NCBI GenBank assembly: GCA_951406725.2
Contig: OX597814.1
Coordinates: 372,001 to 436,000 of the forward strand
Reading direction: 5' to 3'
Origin: Octopus vulgaris
Lineage: Eukaryota
DNA length: 64,000 nucleotides
Made by a program: the position numbers and the translations under genes. Positions 26,158 to 40,579 of the stretch are shown here, piece after piece (position 1 is the first letter of the stretch; each line of letters opens with the position of its first letter). The notes under the pieces were generated by a model. The model saw only the letters and a list, made by a program, of their open reading frames with translations, did not search any database and was not told where the DNA came from.

Positions 26158-26418
26158 TAGCACGCATGGGGGCGGGGAACGGTCTTATGTAAGTGGGACA
26201 CCTTTCATCTCAACAGTTTGACATATTTGCCAGAGTTAACAGCTGTTTACATACGACTTTCGAGAGTTTCTTTTTGTTTTTTTCTTTTGTTTTTGCAACA
26301 TTCAGCTGTTGGTTTCGCCCTGGGTCAGCCTGATCTGGTTGATTTATGAATAGGAACAATGCAGCTATGATCTTTCCCGTGTTCGAGCCACGTTAAAAGC
26401 AATGTTTGTCAACAGTTC

Positions 26419-26731
26419 ATGTATGCATGTATGTATGTATGTATGTATGTATGTATGTATGTATGTATGTATGTATGTATGTATGTATGTATGTATGTGT
26501 ATATGTATGTATGTATGTGTGTATGTATGTATGTATGTATGTATGTATGTATGTATGTATGTATGTATGTATGTATGTATGTATGTATGTATGTGTGTAT
26601 GTGTGTATGTATGTATGTATGTATGTATGTATGTATGTGTGTATGTGTATATGCATGTATGTATGTATGTATGTATGTATGTATGTGTGTATGTATGTAT
26701 GTATGTGTGTGTATGTATGTGTGTGTATGTG

Positions 26732-26762
<31 letters not shown>

Positions 26763-27168
26763 GTGTATGTATGTATGTATGTGTGTATGTATGTATGTAT
26801 GTATGTATGTATGTATGTATGTGTATGTATGTATGTATGTATGTATGTATGTATGTATGTATGTGTGTATGTATGTATGTATGTATGTATGTATGTATGC
26901 ATGTATGTATGTGTATATACATGTATGTATGTATGTATGTATGTATGTATGCATGTATGTATGTGTATATGTATGTATGTATGTATGTATGTGTATATAC
27001 ATGTATGCATGCATGTATGTATGTATGTATGTATGTATGTATGTGTATATGTATGTATGTATGTATTGTGGCCTTGTGCTAAAGAAAAAAATATTATTTA
27101 TAACTTTACCTCTAGTTCTACGGTTGAAAACGAATTATTCCACGTTCTCTCGAAGTTTCTAAATTCTT

Positions 27169-27227
<59 letters not shown>

Positions 27228-27246
27228 GAGAGGACGAAAGAGAGAG

Positions 27247-27293
<47 letters not shown>

Positions 27294-27298
27294 CAGAC

Positions 27299-27381
<83 letters not shown>

Positions 27382-27406
27382 CAGACAGACAGACAGAAAG
27401 AAAGAG

Positions 27407-27481
<75 letters not shown>

Positions 27482-27514
27482 CAGACAGACAGACAGACAG
27501 AAAGAAAGAGAGAG

Positions 27515-27573
<59 letters not shown>

Positions 27574-27622
27574 GAGAAAGAAAGAAAGAAAGACAGACAG
27601 ACAGACAGAAAGAAAGAGAGAG

Positions 27623-27673
<51 letters not shown>

Positions 27674-27703
27674 CAGACAGACAGACAGAAAGAAAGAGAG
27701 AGA

Positions 27704-27784
<81 letters not shown>

Positions 27785-27813
27785 CAGACAGACAGACAGA
27801 AAGAAAGAGAGAG

Positions 27814-27860
<47 letters not shown>

Positions 27861-27895
27861 AGGAAGGAAAGAAAGGGAGAGAGAAAGAAAGAAAG
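26419..27895. repeat. Very long (TATG)n tract (26419-27066) and (GAAA/GACA)n tract (27169-27895)
   Basis: Directly visible, and the source of several spurious long ORFs. Confidence 0.98.
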
Positions 27896-27911
27896 CAATA
27901 AAGAAGATATG

Positions 27912-28075
27912 GTCTAACAGCCATGGACATCTTTATAAAATCAAAGAACATCATGGACGCCCATAACTTTGGGAAACATTCTTTCACGCTCAGAATTGCT
28001 GAAGCATGGAATAAGTTGTTAGCTATTTGGGGACATTACATCCTTCAAAACTTCCCTGCTTCCCCAAATTCGCCA
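27912..28075 (+). mobile_element. CR1/L2-type LINE, C-terminal remnant
   Basis: HGHLYKI.. then NFGKHSFTLRIAEAWNKL, resembling the TRGH..K..FF..RV...WN.LP terminus. Confidence 0.7.
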
Positions 28076-28477
28076 ACATCACACCTGATGTCCCCCACTC
28101 CATCCTTTTTAGCGATTCGTGCTGTTTACTTCCTACCTGTACCTATGTACCCTACACGCACCTTTTTGCTACCTTTCCCGACCAGTTGTATAATGCACCT
28201 GAGCGCTGTATACAATATTATTGTATACATTATTTTTTTATATTTTTACCTTCTCACTTGTTTTACCTGGCAGAAAAACGTGCGTCGATCAAAATGCTTG
28301 TGTCTTTGCTTATTATTATTATAATTTTTTTTTTTTTACGTACAGAGTTCAACTTTCACCGAAAATAAAATTTGTCTTCCATCTTTCCAGGATTCGATAA
28401 AATTGACAGGTAACGCTAGAACCGTAGTTAAATTCTCGGTTCGATAATGATACGAGTGAGGAGTTTAACGCGGGTCA

Positions 28478-28806
28478 TCTATATATATATATATAGATAG
28501 ATAGATAAAGCTGAGGTTGACTGTGTGTGGCAGGTTTGGTAGCCTTCAACTAACACTATCTCCTCAGAGACCCTGCGGCACAAGTTGACCAAAATTGAGA
28601 GTATGATAGAAAAAGGCTTGCTCTTCCCTCAAATCGGACCATGTTAACGCCAAAAATTATTTACATCAAAAAGGTGCTTTTTTTTTCTATGAAAATCTCT
28701 ATTTTTTACGATATTTTGACTGCTGTGTCGCCATTTTTCGGTGTATTTCAATCCAGAAAAATGTTCACTTAAAGAGAATAACAAGCTACATAATGCGATA
28801 CTGCTA

Positions 28807-28807
<1 letters not shown>
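28478..28807 (+). mobile_element. Helitron H1 copy lacking the subterminal hairpin
   Basis: Aligns to 13036-13425 and ends in CTAG|T. Confidence 0.8.
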
Positions 28808-28840
<33 letters not shown>

Positions 28841-28996
28841 CGTTTGGTACTTGACTGAAGAAAGAAAGCCACGCATGACCCGTTTTTTTTGGGGGGGGGG
28901 AGCGGTTGCCTGTCCTTCTAATTGTTGTTTCTCTTGTCCGCCTCTGTATCGTCTATCTGTCCGAATGTTTTTATTGTCCTCTACATCGTTTTCGTT

Positions 28997-29055
<59 letters not shown>

Positions 29056-29202
29056 GAAATGAGGTAATCAGAAGATCGGATGGTTCATATTTATAGATAT
29101 TTATTTATATATTACATTTTTTACATATATATATCTCATATCATTCAGATCATATCATTCAGATTATTAGCGCTTTCTCCCATTCCAGTGGGGTTTTCAA
29201 AT

Positions 29203-29237
<35 letters not shown>

Positions 29238-30455
29238 GGAGTTTAACGCAGGTATGAATCAAATACTTTTACTTTTGATATATGTTTCGAAGATTTCACT
29301 GATACAAAAAAATTCCACGTAAACACGAAGTTTCCACCTTTAAAAACAACTTTTTGCTACCTTAGTAACTATTTTTTTTTTTTCGTGTTAATTGTTAACA
29401 AGGTAAAAATACACTCATACTATTATTTTTTTTTTATTACGACGCCTTGATTTATAAATAATAATAATAGTATTTTTAAATAAGCATGAAGTTTATGGCG
29501 ATCACCGTGCAATGACTAAGGAAAATAGTCGAATAAGACGCGACAGAAGAGAGAAGGCTTTCCTATCCGCGAATATTCAGAAGAAATTCTATTTCGAACT
29601 TAATACCAAGTTTTCTTCCCTTGTTACTCTCATAACATCTCATTCCGAACTAACCTATATCCCAAATGCTTCCACTCCCTCCCACCAGTCGGGTGTGCAC
29701 CCCACTTTAAGAAACCCGTATGTTTCTCTTTTTTCGTTTTCTTCAATCCGCTGAGGTGTGAGTATACTGATCTGGCTGCTATTTCTAGCACACCAAGCGC
29801 CTACGCTGGCAACTCCCTCGTTAGCTTGTATGTTCCCCGTTTTACATCTGATTAGAGAGAATTCTTCGAGATGTAGAAGAACTGCGCGAAAGATAATACC
29901 CCAAGTGGCACACTCCTTCTGCATTCCTCAGATTTGGCTCACTGCCAGGGTTGCTAATGGAGATAAAAGCGGAAGAAGACTTTATCTTAGGCTAAGAAAA
30001 GCCTTTAAGAGCGTAAAATATAGTATGGAAGACCATACAAGCCAATATTTCAAATAACAATTTATTTCAGTTCCTTCAAAGAAATTCGGTTTCATCTTCC
30101 GAGCTACGCTTTACTTACCATTTTATTTTTTACTTGTTTCAGCCATTCGACTGCGGCCATGCTGGGGCACTGCCTTGAAGAATTTCAATCGAACGAATCG
30201 GCCCCAGTACTTGTAAAGCATAATGCTTATTCGATCGCGCTCTTTTGCCGAAGCGCTAAGTTACGAGGACGTAAACACACCACCACCGGTTATCAAGCAG
30301 TGAGGTGGGGTGTATAAACATACACACATAAATCGTATATATATAGAGAGAGTTATATGCCTTCGGCTGTAGAGTCTCACGAGCCGTCCATGAGACTAGG
30401 CCCTTTACGGATACGAAACTATTGGTCACTCTATGACCGGACATAGGCTTAACTG

Positions 30456-30530
<75 letters not shown>

Positions 30531-31297
30531 CAGGAGTGGCTGTGTGGTAAGTAGCTTGCTTCCCAACCACATGGTTCAGGCTCACTGCGTGGCACCTTGG
30601 GCAAGTATTTTCTCCTACCTTGGTGTCAATCCTTCGATGTTCTCTGGTTACTCCGACGTTGGTACAATTATACACTTGCCCAGACTGAATTGCCGGAGTT
30701 ATTTCATTTTTCCAGAAAAATGTTTTTAAGAAGTTATAGAGGTTTCAAGTTTCATCATTTTTCCCGCAGTCAGGAAACAGGATTTGGAAGCTGTCATTTT
30801 GTGCGTTACAAAATAGCACACGTTGTCAATATTGTTGTCAAAAGGAAAAAAAACTCCAGCAATTCAGTCTGGTCAAGTGAATTATTATTTGTGCCAACGT
30901 CGGAGTGACCAGAGAACATGGAAGGATCAACACCAAGAAGGAAGATGTATTTACATAAATTTATTTACTACCGACGGGTAGTTAGAGACAGTAGCACATG
31001 TGGTGTTAACGAAATGTTTTTGCGATAGGGGCAAAAAGGTTACTGCCTGCCAGTAGAAATGGAAAGAGTAAGGAATGCACGGTACTGACTAGAAAGGAAG
31101 AAAGGATAAAGGTGGATCTGCTCTGATTGGCTGTATGCAAATGAGTTCATTACTGAGGTCCGGAATTCTCGTAGGAAAAAAATTTTCGCGCCACGGGCGG
31201 CACATATTCAAGCTGGGCTAGTGGACACGATGTGATGAAGCTGGGCTTTTGAAATACGGATACTACTCGTTTTTGCTAGCTGAGTGGACAGGAAACC

Positions 31298-32303
31298 AGG
31301 GCTGTCACTAAGTCCCTGCAATCTCTGTGGTCGCAGGGGGCCTCCGCGGTTGAGGGGCCCCGTGTTAAGATCAAAGTGCGTAGGTAAGTCATCTATTTAC
31401 TGTGGTTAAGATGTTGAACAAGAATTAAACTATGTTAACTGAAAATTTCAAGAAATAAAATGGTAACACACTGTACCTGCAAAAGTTCTGGTAAAAATAT
31501 TACATTTACCACGAACGTGTATCAGACTTTGTGGATTGTCTATGATATCAATTGAACATGAACTTAGCCCTCGGCTTGATTATTCTGAACTGGTCAATGA
31601 TTTCACGAAGCGAAAAGTGCGCCATGTTTGTCTTTGAAAGTTCCTGGATTATACAAGTTCTCTATTACTCATATATGGTAGTTTTACTTATTGAAATTTG
31701 TAATAGACCTAAATAAATTTAACTTATTGTACTTTTAAAGATGTTCTTTGGGAAAACGTGGATTATTGAACTTCAGATAGAATAAAGTAAAATATATATT
31801 TGGTTATTGCCCACTAGGGGCTAAGCATAGAGGGGACAAACAAGGACAGACAAATGGATTAAGTCGATTACATCGACCCCAGTGCGAAAGGATGAAAGGC
31901 AAAGTCGACATCGGCGGAAATTGAACTCAGAACATAAAGACGACGAAATACCTGATTCTTTACTACCCACAAGGGGCTAAACACAGAGGAGACAAACAAG
32001 GACAGACAGACGGATTAAGTCGATTATATCGACCCCAGTGCGTAACTGGTACTTATTTAATCGACCCCGAAAGGATGAAAGGCAAAGAAGACCTCGGCGG
32101 AATTTGAACTCAGAACGTAACGGCAGATGAAAAACCGCCACGCATTTCGCCCGCCGTGCAAACGATTCTGCCAGCTCGGCGCCTTAATAAAGTAAAATAT
32201 AGCCATGAATAAAAGGTGCTTAGATTATGAATTTTGATTGAAGGGATGGGGCCCTCGAAACAAAAGGTTACAGGGGTCTTCTAAATGTCACACAACGGAG
32301 TTG
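31298..32303 (+). mobile_element. Internally deleted hAT element with a nested SINE
   Basis: Starts with CAGGG, has subterminal ggggcccc motifs, and 31540-31638 encodes MISIEHELSPRLDYSELVNDFTKRKVR (hAT dimerisation C-terminus). The nested SINE has a 16-bp TSD aataaagtaaaatata at 31781-31796 and 32186-32201. Confidence 0.75.
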
Positions 32304-32509
32304 ACTCGAGCAGCCTAAAAGAGTCTTACTCAAGAACACAACGCGCCGTCAGGAATCGAACTCACGACATTACTATCGTGAGCCACTAGAGCACGCGCCT
32401 TCACCAGTATTAAGAAACAAACGTTATATATATATATAGATATATATACATATATATACACACACATACATACATGTGCGTGTATGCGAGTGTGTGTGTG
32501 CGTGTGCGA

Positions 32510-32555
<46 letters not shown>

Positions 32556-32664
32556 GTGTGTGTGCGTGCGAGTGTGTGTGTGCGTGCAAGTGTGTGTGTG
32601 TGTGAGTGTGTGCGAGGTGTGTGTGTGTGTGTGTACGCGAGTATGTGCGTGTGTGTGCATGTGC

Positions 32665-32716
<52 letters not shown>

Positions 32717-32937
32717 ATGTGCGAGTGTGTGTGTCCGTACGAGTGTGTAAGTGTGTGCGTGCGTGTGTGTGTGTGTGTTTTTTAAACGCACATCCCATCG
32801 GGTTTTTTAGGTAACTTATCTAAGTTCACGTGCTGTCCTAAAATAATATCCTGATTGAATTAATTGTAGTCACCAGTAGATAGGCACACACACACACACA
32901 CACACACACACGCGTGTGTATGAATATGTACGTGTAC

Positions 32938-32992
<55 letters not shown>

Positions 32993-33279
32993 TGTGGAAA
33001 GATAATGCATGCATGTATGTATGTCTCTATGTATGTATGCATGCATACAGATAGATTGTCTATTCAAACAGGATGGTCAAAGCTAGAACGTCTCTCTTTA
33101 TAAATATACTCGATACTTCAATTATAATTGTAACAATTACAAACGTTATTTAAAAATCAGCCGCTTTTAAATAAAACCTGTTTTCGAAAAGAATGACATG
33201 GCCCTGACATGAAAGATTCATGTTGAATTTCTCGGAAGCCCAGAACAGCGGGTTTCCCGGTAAATCTCATCCCCCCCCT

Positions 33280-33327
<48 letters not shown>

Positions 33328-33390
33328 ACACTATACTTGTTCCACGTCCTTGCGTTGTTGTGTTTTCTCTTTGTGTTTTCATGTTTGGAT

Positions 33391-33454
<64 letters not shown>

Positions 33455-33906
33455 GAGAGAAGGAGAGAGAGAGAGAGAAAAGCGGATAAGAAATGGAGCA
33501 ATAATTAACAATGAGAAGTGATCATTATTTAATTAAACAATGACTTTAAAACACTAATGAACCACTTCTCATTGATAATCACTTCTCCATTTCTTATCGT
33601 CTCCATATAAAGGTTTTACCATTAAATTACCTACTACCGAATACCTTATAACAAGGACCATACATACTGAGGTAATACACCAGGAGTGCCTATGGATACA
33701 TCTATCCCTTAGATGGTTGCAGAACCTAAGTAGTTTGCTTGCTTGCCAACCACATGGTTCCGGGTTCAGTCCCACTGCGTGGCACCTTGGGCAAGTGCCT
33801 TCTACTATAGCCTCGGGCCGACTAAAGCCTTGTGAGTGGATTTGGTAGACGGAAACTGAAAGAAGACCATCGTATATATGTATATATATATATATGTATG
33901 TATGTA

Positions 33907-33939
<33 letters not shown>

Positions 33940-34169
33940 ATGTATGTATGTATGTATGTATGTATGTATGTATGTATATGTATGTGTGTGTCTGTGTTTT
34001 CCCCACAACATCGCTTGACATCCGTAGCCTAGCGGTTCGGCAAAATAGACCGATAGAATAAGTACTAGGCTTCCAAAGATTAAGTCCTGGGGTCGATTTG
34101 CTCGACTAAAGGCGGTGCTTCAGCATGACCGCAGTCAAATGACTGAAACAAGTAAAAGAATAGACAGAG

Positions 34170-34266
<97 letters not shown>

Positions 34267-34299
34267 CAGATATATGTTAGAAGGTTTGGAAATGATGTG

Positions 34300-34682
34300 C
34301 AGGTATTTTATATTAGAAGAAATGAGGTACTCAGAAATTCGGATGGTTATATATTTACAGATATTTATTTGTATATTACATGTTTTTATAAATCATATAT
34401 CATATATTAGCGCTTTCGTCCATTCTAGTGGAGTTTTCAGAGAGAGAGAGAAAGAGAGGGAGTGTTATATATATAAATGTGACCCCGTGTGTACCGTTGG
34501 CGATTTTTATTCCTCTGTCTTCCCTTCTCTGGATCTTTCCTTCTCCTATGTTTCCGACGAAGAGCTCCACTCGAAACGTTAAACCCTCCTTCTTTCCTTC
34601 TTCCCTGAGCGTCCAATAATACTTTATTTGTTCCACGTCCTCGCGTTGTTGTGTTTTTTTTGTGCTTTCTTGTTTGGATTAA

Positions 34683-34685
<3 letters not shown>
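34300..34685. mobile_element. Two back-to-back PLE-like pLTR fragments, each with a hammerhead motif
   Basis: Minus 34440-34405 reads CTGAAAA-ctcca..tggac-GAAA-gcgc-TA, with relatives at 23738-23875(+) and 29050-29202(-). Plus 34550-34584 reads gttt-CCGACGA-a-gag ctcca ctc-GAAA-cg-TT-aaac. Confidence 0.65.
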
Positions 34686-34750
<65 letters not shown>

Positions 34751-34852
34751 CACATATATATATGGGTCAAGTAAACAATGAAAAATACACTTAACCTTTA
34801 AATCGCGGCTAATTTTCCCACTTCAGCTACTTTTTAGAACTCCTTCTATATA

Positions 34853-34887
<35 letters not shown>

Positions 34888-35049
34888 CCACAAAAGGCAA
34901 GTAAACAATGAAAAGTCACTTAACCTTTATCGCGCTAATTTTCCCACCAGCTACTTTTTAAACAGTCGAAACATAATGTTTTCATGCAATACCATAACAA
35001 TACCATAGTTACTGAATTAATTTGATAAAAGGAAACCTTTTTTTTTTTA

Positions 35050-35372
35050 GAAGACTAGCAGAAGGAAGCGAACATTGGCCGGGTCTCTGCAAGCCAAATG
35101 AAGTAGGCAACCGGGGGGGGGGGGGGGTTGTGATGGGGAGTTCATTCTACAAAGTCCTGGCTTGCCTTGGCACTACGGGTGCAGCAGAGAGGAAATTCAT
35201 ACATTCCATCACCGAAGCCGTAGAGAAAGCCACTCGATGGTTTTTGCTTGGTTGTTATGACCAGCCACGGTGGGTTGCTACTGAATTGCAAGCTGGTGGG
35301 GTCAACAGACCGCAGAGTGACCTGAAAACTACTAAGACCCCAGAAATATCACTGATGATGCATCCCCGGTGA
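35050..35372 (+). mobile_element. HERO-like RLE non-LTR retrotransposon, 3' end
   Basis: CKPNEVGNRG..YKVLACLGTTGAAERKFIHSITEAVEKATRW, followed by the 3' UTR gacccca..atcactgatgatg. The clade assignment is from recall. Confidence 0.7.
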
Positions 35373-35404
35373 TCCACCGACGGAAGTACAAATAGACATT
35401 AATA

Positions 35405-35575
35405 GACAAGCAGCAGGAACAGACGAACTCTTTGTGGAGATCTAGCAATTTGGCAGCGAAGGTTTAGCAAAACATGAGCATGAGCTAATTTTGGAAATCT
35501 GGAGGGCGAGTGAAGTGCCCAAGGACATCACAGGTGCCATTGGGAAACGATTATATAAGAACAAAGGTTGGCGAG
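35405..35575 (+). mobile_element. RTE LINE RT-upstream fragment
   Basis: AAGTDELFVEI*QFG..HELILEIWRASEVPKDITGA..LYKNKG. Confidence 0.75.
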
Positions 35576-35785
35576 AGGGTTTATTCTTTTAGTTGCTTCA
35601 GTCATCAGATTGTGGCCATGCTGGGGCACTGCCTTGAAGAACTTTTGTCGAACGAATCGATCCCAGTACTTTTTTCTTTAAGACTGGTACTTATTTTGTC
35701 GCTCTCTTTTGCCGAACTGCTATGTATGAGGGAGATAAACTCACTAACACTGGTTGTCGAGCGGTGTTGGGGGACAAACGCGCAC

Positions 35786-35842
<57 letters not shown>

Positions 35843-36033
35843 AAGAGAGAGACAGAGATACGCAGACAGACAGAAAGGGATACAGAGAGAAATAGGGCGA
35901 AATAGAGAGAGAGAGAGAGAAAGAGGAGACGAGACTCATCACCAGTATTTAGTACTTCAATTTTCGATCACAAAAGAATAAAAAACAAAGCTGACTTTGA
36001 TGAAAGAACTCGAAGGTGTTGAGAGCGAGAACC

Positions 36034-36785
<752 letters not shown>

Positions 36786-37014
36786 AATTTCAACTTATAA
36801 ACGAAACAATAAAATCAATTCATCTCTTTATTATTCATTTAATTTGAATTTGATTACTGCCCTCTTTGCACTTCTGTCTCGCTCTGTTTCACAGGGTTTC
36901 ATACTGACAAGCAAATCGAACAATGTCGAAACTGGGTTAGTGGGTAAAGCTTTAAGGAAACATATACATACACAAATGGATATCGATCTACATGTGCATG
37001 TATACATACATACA

Positions 37015-37612
37015 TGGTGCGTAAGGTATTTGAGGACAAACCTGTTTTGGGTCATTGCTGCATTTTTGGCTAACTCTGTATAATCTTTGTTTCAGAAAAT
37101 AATAATGGCAGACCCTCGTCTTACTCAAGAAATGAAGAGGCATGCTTTTATTTTGGTTATAAGGGTTTTAAAAGTTTTAAAAGTTGCCAGATCTTTCGTC
37201 TACAAAGTTTGTAAGGAACTTGAGACTGAAGATGGAAACGTTTTACCAGTATCAAAGCATAAAAAAACATTCTAAACGCTCTGAAATCATCAGAACACTT
37301 GAATTTATCCAACAAGTTCATCAGGCCATTGATTAGAATCCCAGAAAGTCCAGGAAGTCAATTGCAAAAGATCTCCATGAGTCAGAAGGAACAGTCAGTA
37401 ATGTTGTTCAAGAAAACATCAGATATAAGTCTTATATGATGAGGAAAGGTCAATCTATGTCAGAAAAAGCAAAAGAAAATCACTTCATCAGATCTAAAAG
37501 ACTCTTAAACAAACTGAAAAATTCAGCAGAAGAAGATTTGACTTAGTTTTCTCAAACCAAGATCAAAAAGAAATGAAAGATGGTTATGTGTAGACCCTTC
37601 TGAAGTTCCAAG
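37015..37612 (+). mobile_element. Degenerate Tc1/mariner (maT-like) transposase, N-terminal half
   Basis: TQEMKRHA..LKVARSFVYKVCKEL..IRTLEFIQQV..NPRKSRKSIAKDLH.SEGTV..IRYKSYMMRKGQ, with stops. Confidence 0.75.
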
Positions 37613-38462
37613 TGGCATCCATATATATATACTTGTTTAAATGTTCTTTAGGAGTGGCTGTGTGGTAAGTAGCTTGCTTAGCAACCACATGGTTCCGGGT
37701 TCAGTCTCACTGCGTGGCATCTTGGGCAAGTGTCTTCTACTATAGCCTCGGGCCGACCAAAGCCTTGTGAGTGGATTTGGTAGACGGAAACTGAAAGAAG
37801 CCCGTCGAATATATGTGTGTGTGTGTGTGTGTTTGTTTGTGTGTGTGTGTATGTCTGTGTGTGTGTGTGTGTCTGTGTGTTTTGTGTGTCTGTGTTTATC
37901 CCCCCTGGAGTGTTATCCCTGTCACTTAGCGGTTCGGCAAAAAAGTACGATAGAATAAGTACAAGGGTCGATTTGCTCGACTAAAGGCGGTGCTCCAGCA
38001 TGGCCGCAGTCAAATGAAAGAACAAAAGAAAAGAAAAAAGAATAAATGTTATTGATATATATATTATCCGACATGTACAGCATTACACATCCATCACGGT
38101 TGATCTTACCAATCGATTCCACGCTAGGAATACAATGGAGTGTTAGGTAACAATCCGATTATATACCCTTACGCTCATCAGAGTTAGCCGATATGGAAAG
38201 GAATATGGCGACTGCTATAAAAATACATACATACATATAGATGTATGTATAGATTCTACTTAAAAGCTATTGGTCAAACCGAGGATACAGTGGAATTCAC
38301 TTGTCCTAGTTCTTCAGCCACGGGGTCACTCATAGTCACGCTTGACTGGAGACTCTCTCAATCTCCAGGATATTGGTTGTATAGCTGGTGCCCGGAATTT
38401 CGTCTGTGCTGTGAACTAACCACAACACTAACACCACTAACAATAGTATCAAAAGTGTCAGT

Positions 38463-38592
38463 CACTAGCGTAGCTAGAGTGTGTGCCGTCCGTATTGTGT
38501 CTACCGCACATATTGCCTACAGCAGACCCAAAAGTGGTGCCCCTTGAAAAGTGCCGTCCGGGAAGGACCGCCGCCACCTAGCTACGCTAGAG
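38463..38592. mobile_element. 130-bp hAT-type MITE
   Basis: TIRs cactagcgtagctag / ctagctacgctagag, with 8-bp TSD gtgtcagt at 38455-38462 and 38593-38600. Confidence 0.9.
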
Positions 38593-39739
38593 GTGTCAGT
38601 ATGTTTGTTCAAGCTGCTAGAAATAATACCAAAAAAGCCCTCAGTTCACACACTTACGGCTTAAAAATGGAGGACATGTTGGCTATTGGATTGCGCAGCC
38701 CTCAACAGACTATACATGGAAGAAAGATGACGGATTGGTCACGGCTGGAACTCTTTTGGCGATAAATGTGGTCGATGCCAGAACCTAAAATTCGTTCTTT
38801 CTACTCTAGCCACAAAGCATGAAATTTTGTGGGGAGGACCAAGTGCTGTTACTGGTACTTATTTTATCGACCCAGGAAGGGTGAAAGGCAAAGTCAACTC
38901 CGGTGAAATTTGAACTCGGAATGTAAAGAACCGGAAGAAATGCGTCCAAACAATTTGTCCGACGCATTAACGATGCTTTCAAAACAATAATTAAAAGGAG
39001 ACTTATACACAGAGTTTTTTTATACATCTCAGTCGTTATTAGAACTACCACCACCACCACCACCACTGCCAACCACTACGAACACCACCACCCCCCTCAT
39101 TACTGTACATCCACCGCGCAACTGTCATCACCTCCACCATTACTCTTTTACTGCGCATCCGCCGCACCTTCCAACATCATCCGCACACTTCCTCACCGAC
39201 ATTTTTCCAACCACCACCTTCACCGCTGAATACCATTAACAGTACACCACCACCACCACCACCACCATCATCACCACCTCCACCACCACCACCATCATCA
39301 TCATCACTATTCCCCACCGCCATCTTCATCACCCTCACGACTACGGCAACCTCCTCACCATCACCGCCGCTATTTCCCCACCGTCATCACAATCGCGTCA
39401 CCACCACCACCATCACTATTCTACACATTTTCAGTATCACGTAACAAACCCAGTAACAGAGATGACAAGAGCTGTATATAGTACACACACACACGTACAC
39501 ACACACACACACACGTACACACACACACACACACATTTAGATATAAGTATATATAAAACTTAACAATAAGCCAGTACAGGAAACGAAGAACTGCTCCCGT
39601 AATGTGGTTGTTGAGGAATTTTCTATATATTTTCCTGCTACGTACATCGACGAAGCCACTGTGAATACACGATGCATTTTAATGAGGTCTTCCCTGGATA
39701 TAACTGGACAGCCATTATATATATATAAATATCGATTGA

Positions 39740-39816
<77 letters not shown>

Positions 39817-39817
<1 letters not shown>

Positions 39818-40336
39818 ATATTAAATTAGAGATAAAACCACTATTAGGCAAATCATACAATGAAAAACTTAAGCCAATACATAAGATTATTTAATTTATA
39901 TTATTTAAATATATAACAAAATTATTAAAAATATAATTAATATAACACTACGATCGTTTCATGGCTGTTAATTTATTTAAATTTTCGAGTTACAGTCATT
40001 CATCAGGTGGTTTAAATATTTAACTTGGCGAGGTTTAATCAAGTTAAATATTTAAACCACCTGATGAATGACTGTAACTCGAAAATTTAAATAAATTAAC
40101 AGCCATGAAACGATCGTAGTGTTATATTAATTATATTTTTTTAATAATTTTGTTATATATTTAAATAATATAAATTAAATAATCTTATGTATTGGCTTAA
40201 GTTTTTCATTGTATGATTTGCCTAATAGTGGTTTTATCTCTAATTTAATATAATATAATATTTTACTATAAAATTGGATTCAATCCTAAATCTGATTTTT
40301 CCCTGTAAGTTTGGATTTATTCCCTAATATTTATTA

Positions 40337-40340
<4 letters not shown>
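39817..40340. mobile_element. PLE-like pLTR with an inverted upstream copy (~210-bp-arm palindrome), sitting in (TA)n
   Basis: 39817-40027 is approximately the reverse complement of 40040-40252 with a 12-nt spacer, and each arm carries a hammerhead. Confidence 0.85.
40056..40123 (+). ncRNA. Type-I hammerhead ribozyme (mirror copy 39944-40011, minus)
   Basis: cac-CTGATGA-atgactgt..acagccat-GAAA-cgatcg-TA-gtg. Stem III is palindromic and the GUA cleavage site ends at 40118. Confidence 0.85.
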
Positions 40341-40398
<58 letters not shown>

Positions 40399-40579
40399 TA
40401 GATAAACTTAGATATGTTTCGACCAAAGATTGGTCCAGGCCATGTCTAACTTAATACCACCACCTGATAGGATTATTCGAATCCTGGGATTATTCGAATC
40501 CTGAAACAACAAAAGACGAAGACAGGTGGTGTACAAAACAAACAGATGTATTAGTATAACGCTCGGGAATAGAAAAAGT

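Noticed and set aside
34748-34960. ~90-bp tandem duplication
   Set aside because: The second copy differs mainly by single-base deletions and is flanked by (TA)n, which suggests a long-read consensus artefact.
38170-38190. CTGATGA on the minus strand
   Set aside because: There is no stem II/GAAA/NUH continuation, so it is not a hammerhead.
38918-38930. ggaatgtaaagaa resembling miR-1 (also taaggcacg at ~52934 resembling miR-124)
   Set aside because: These are partial matches inside repeats with no precursor hairpin.
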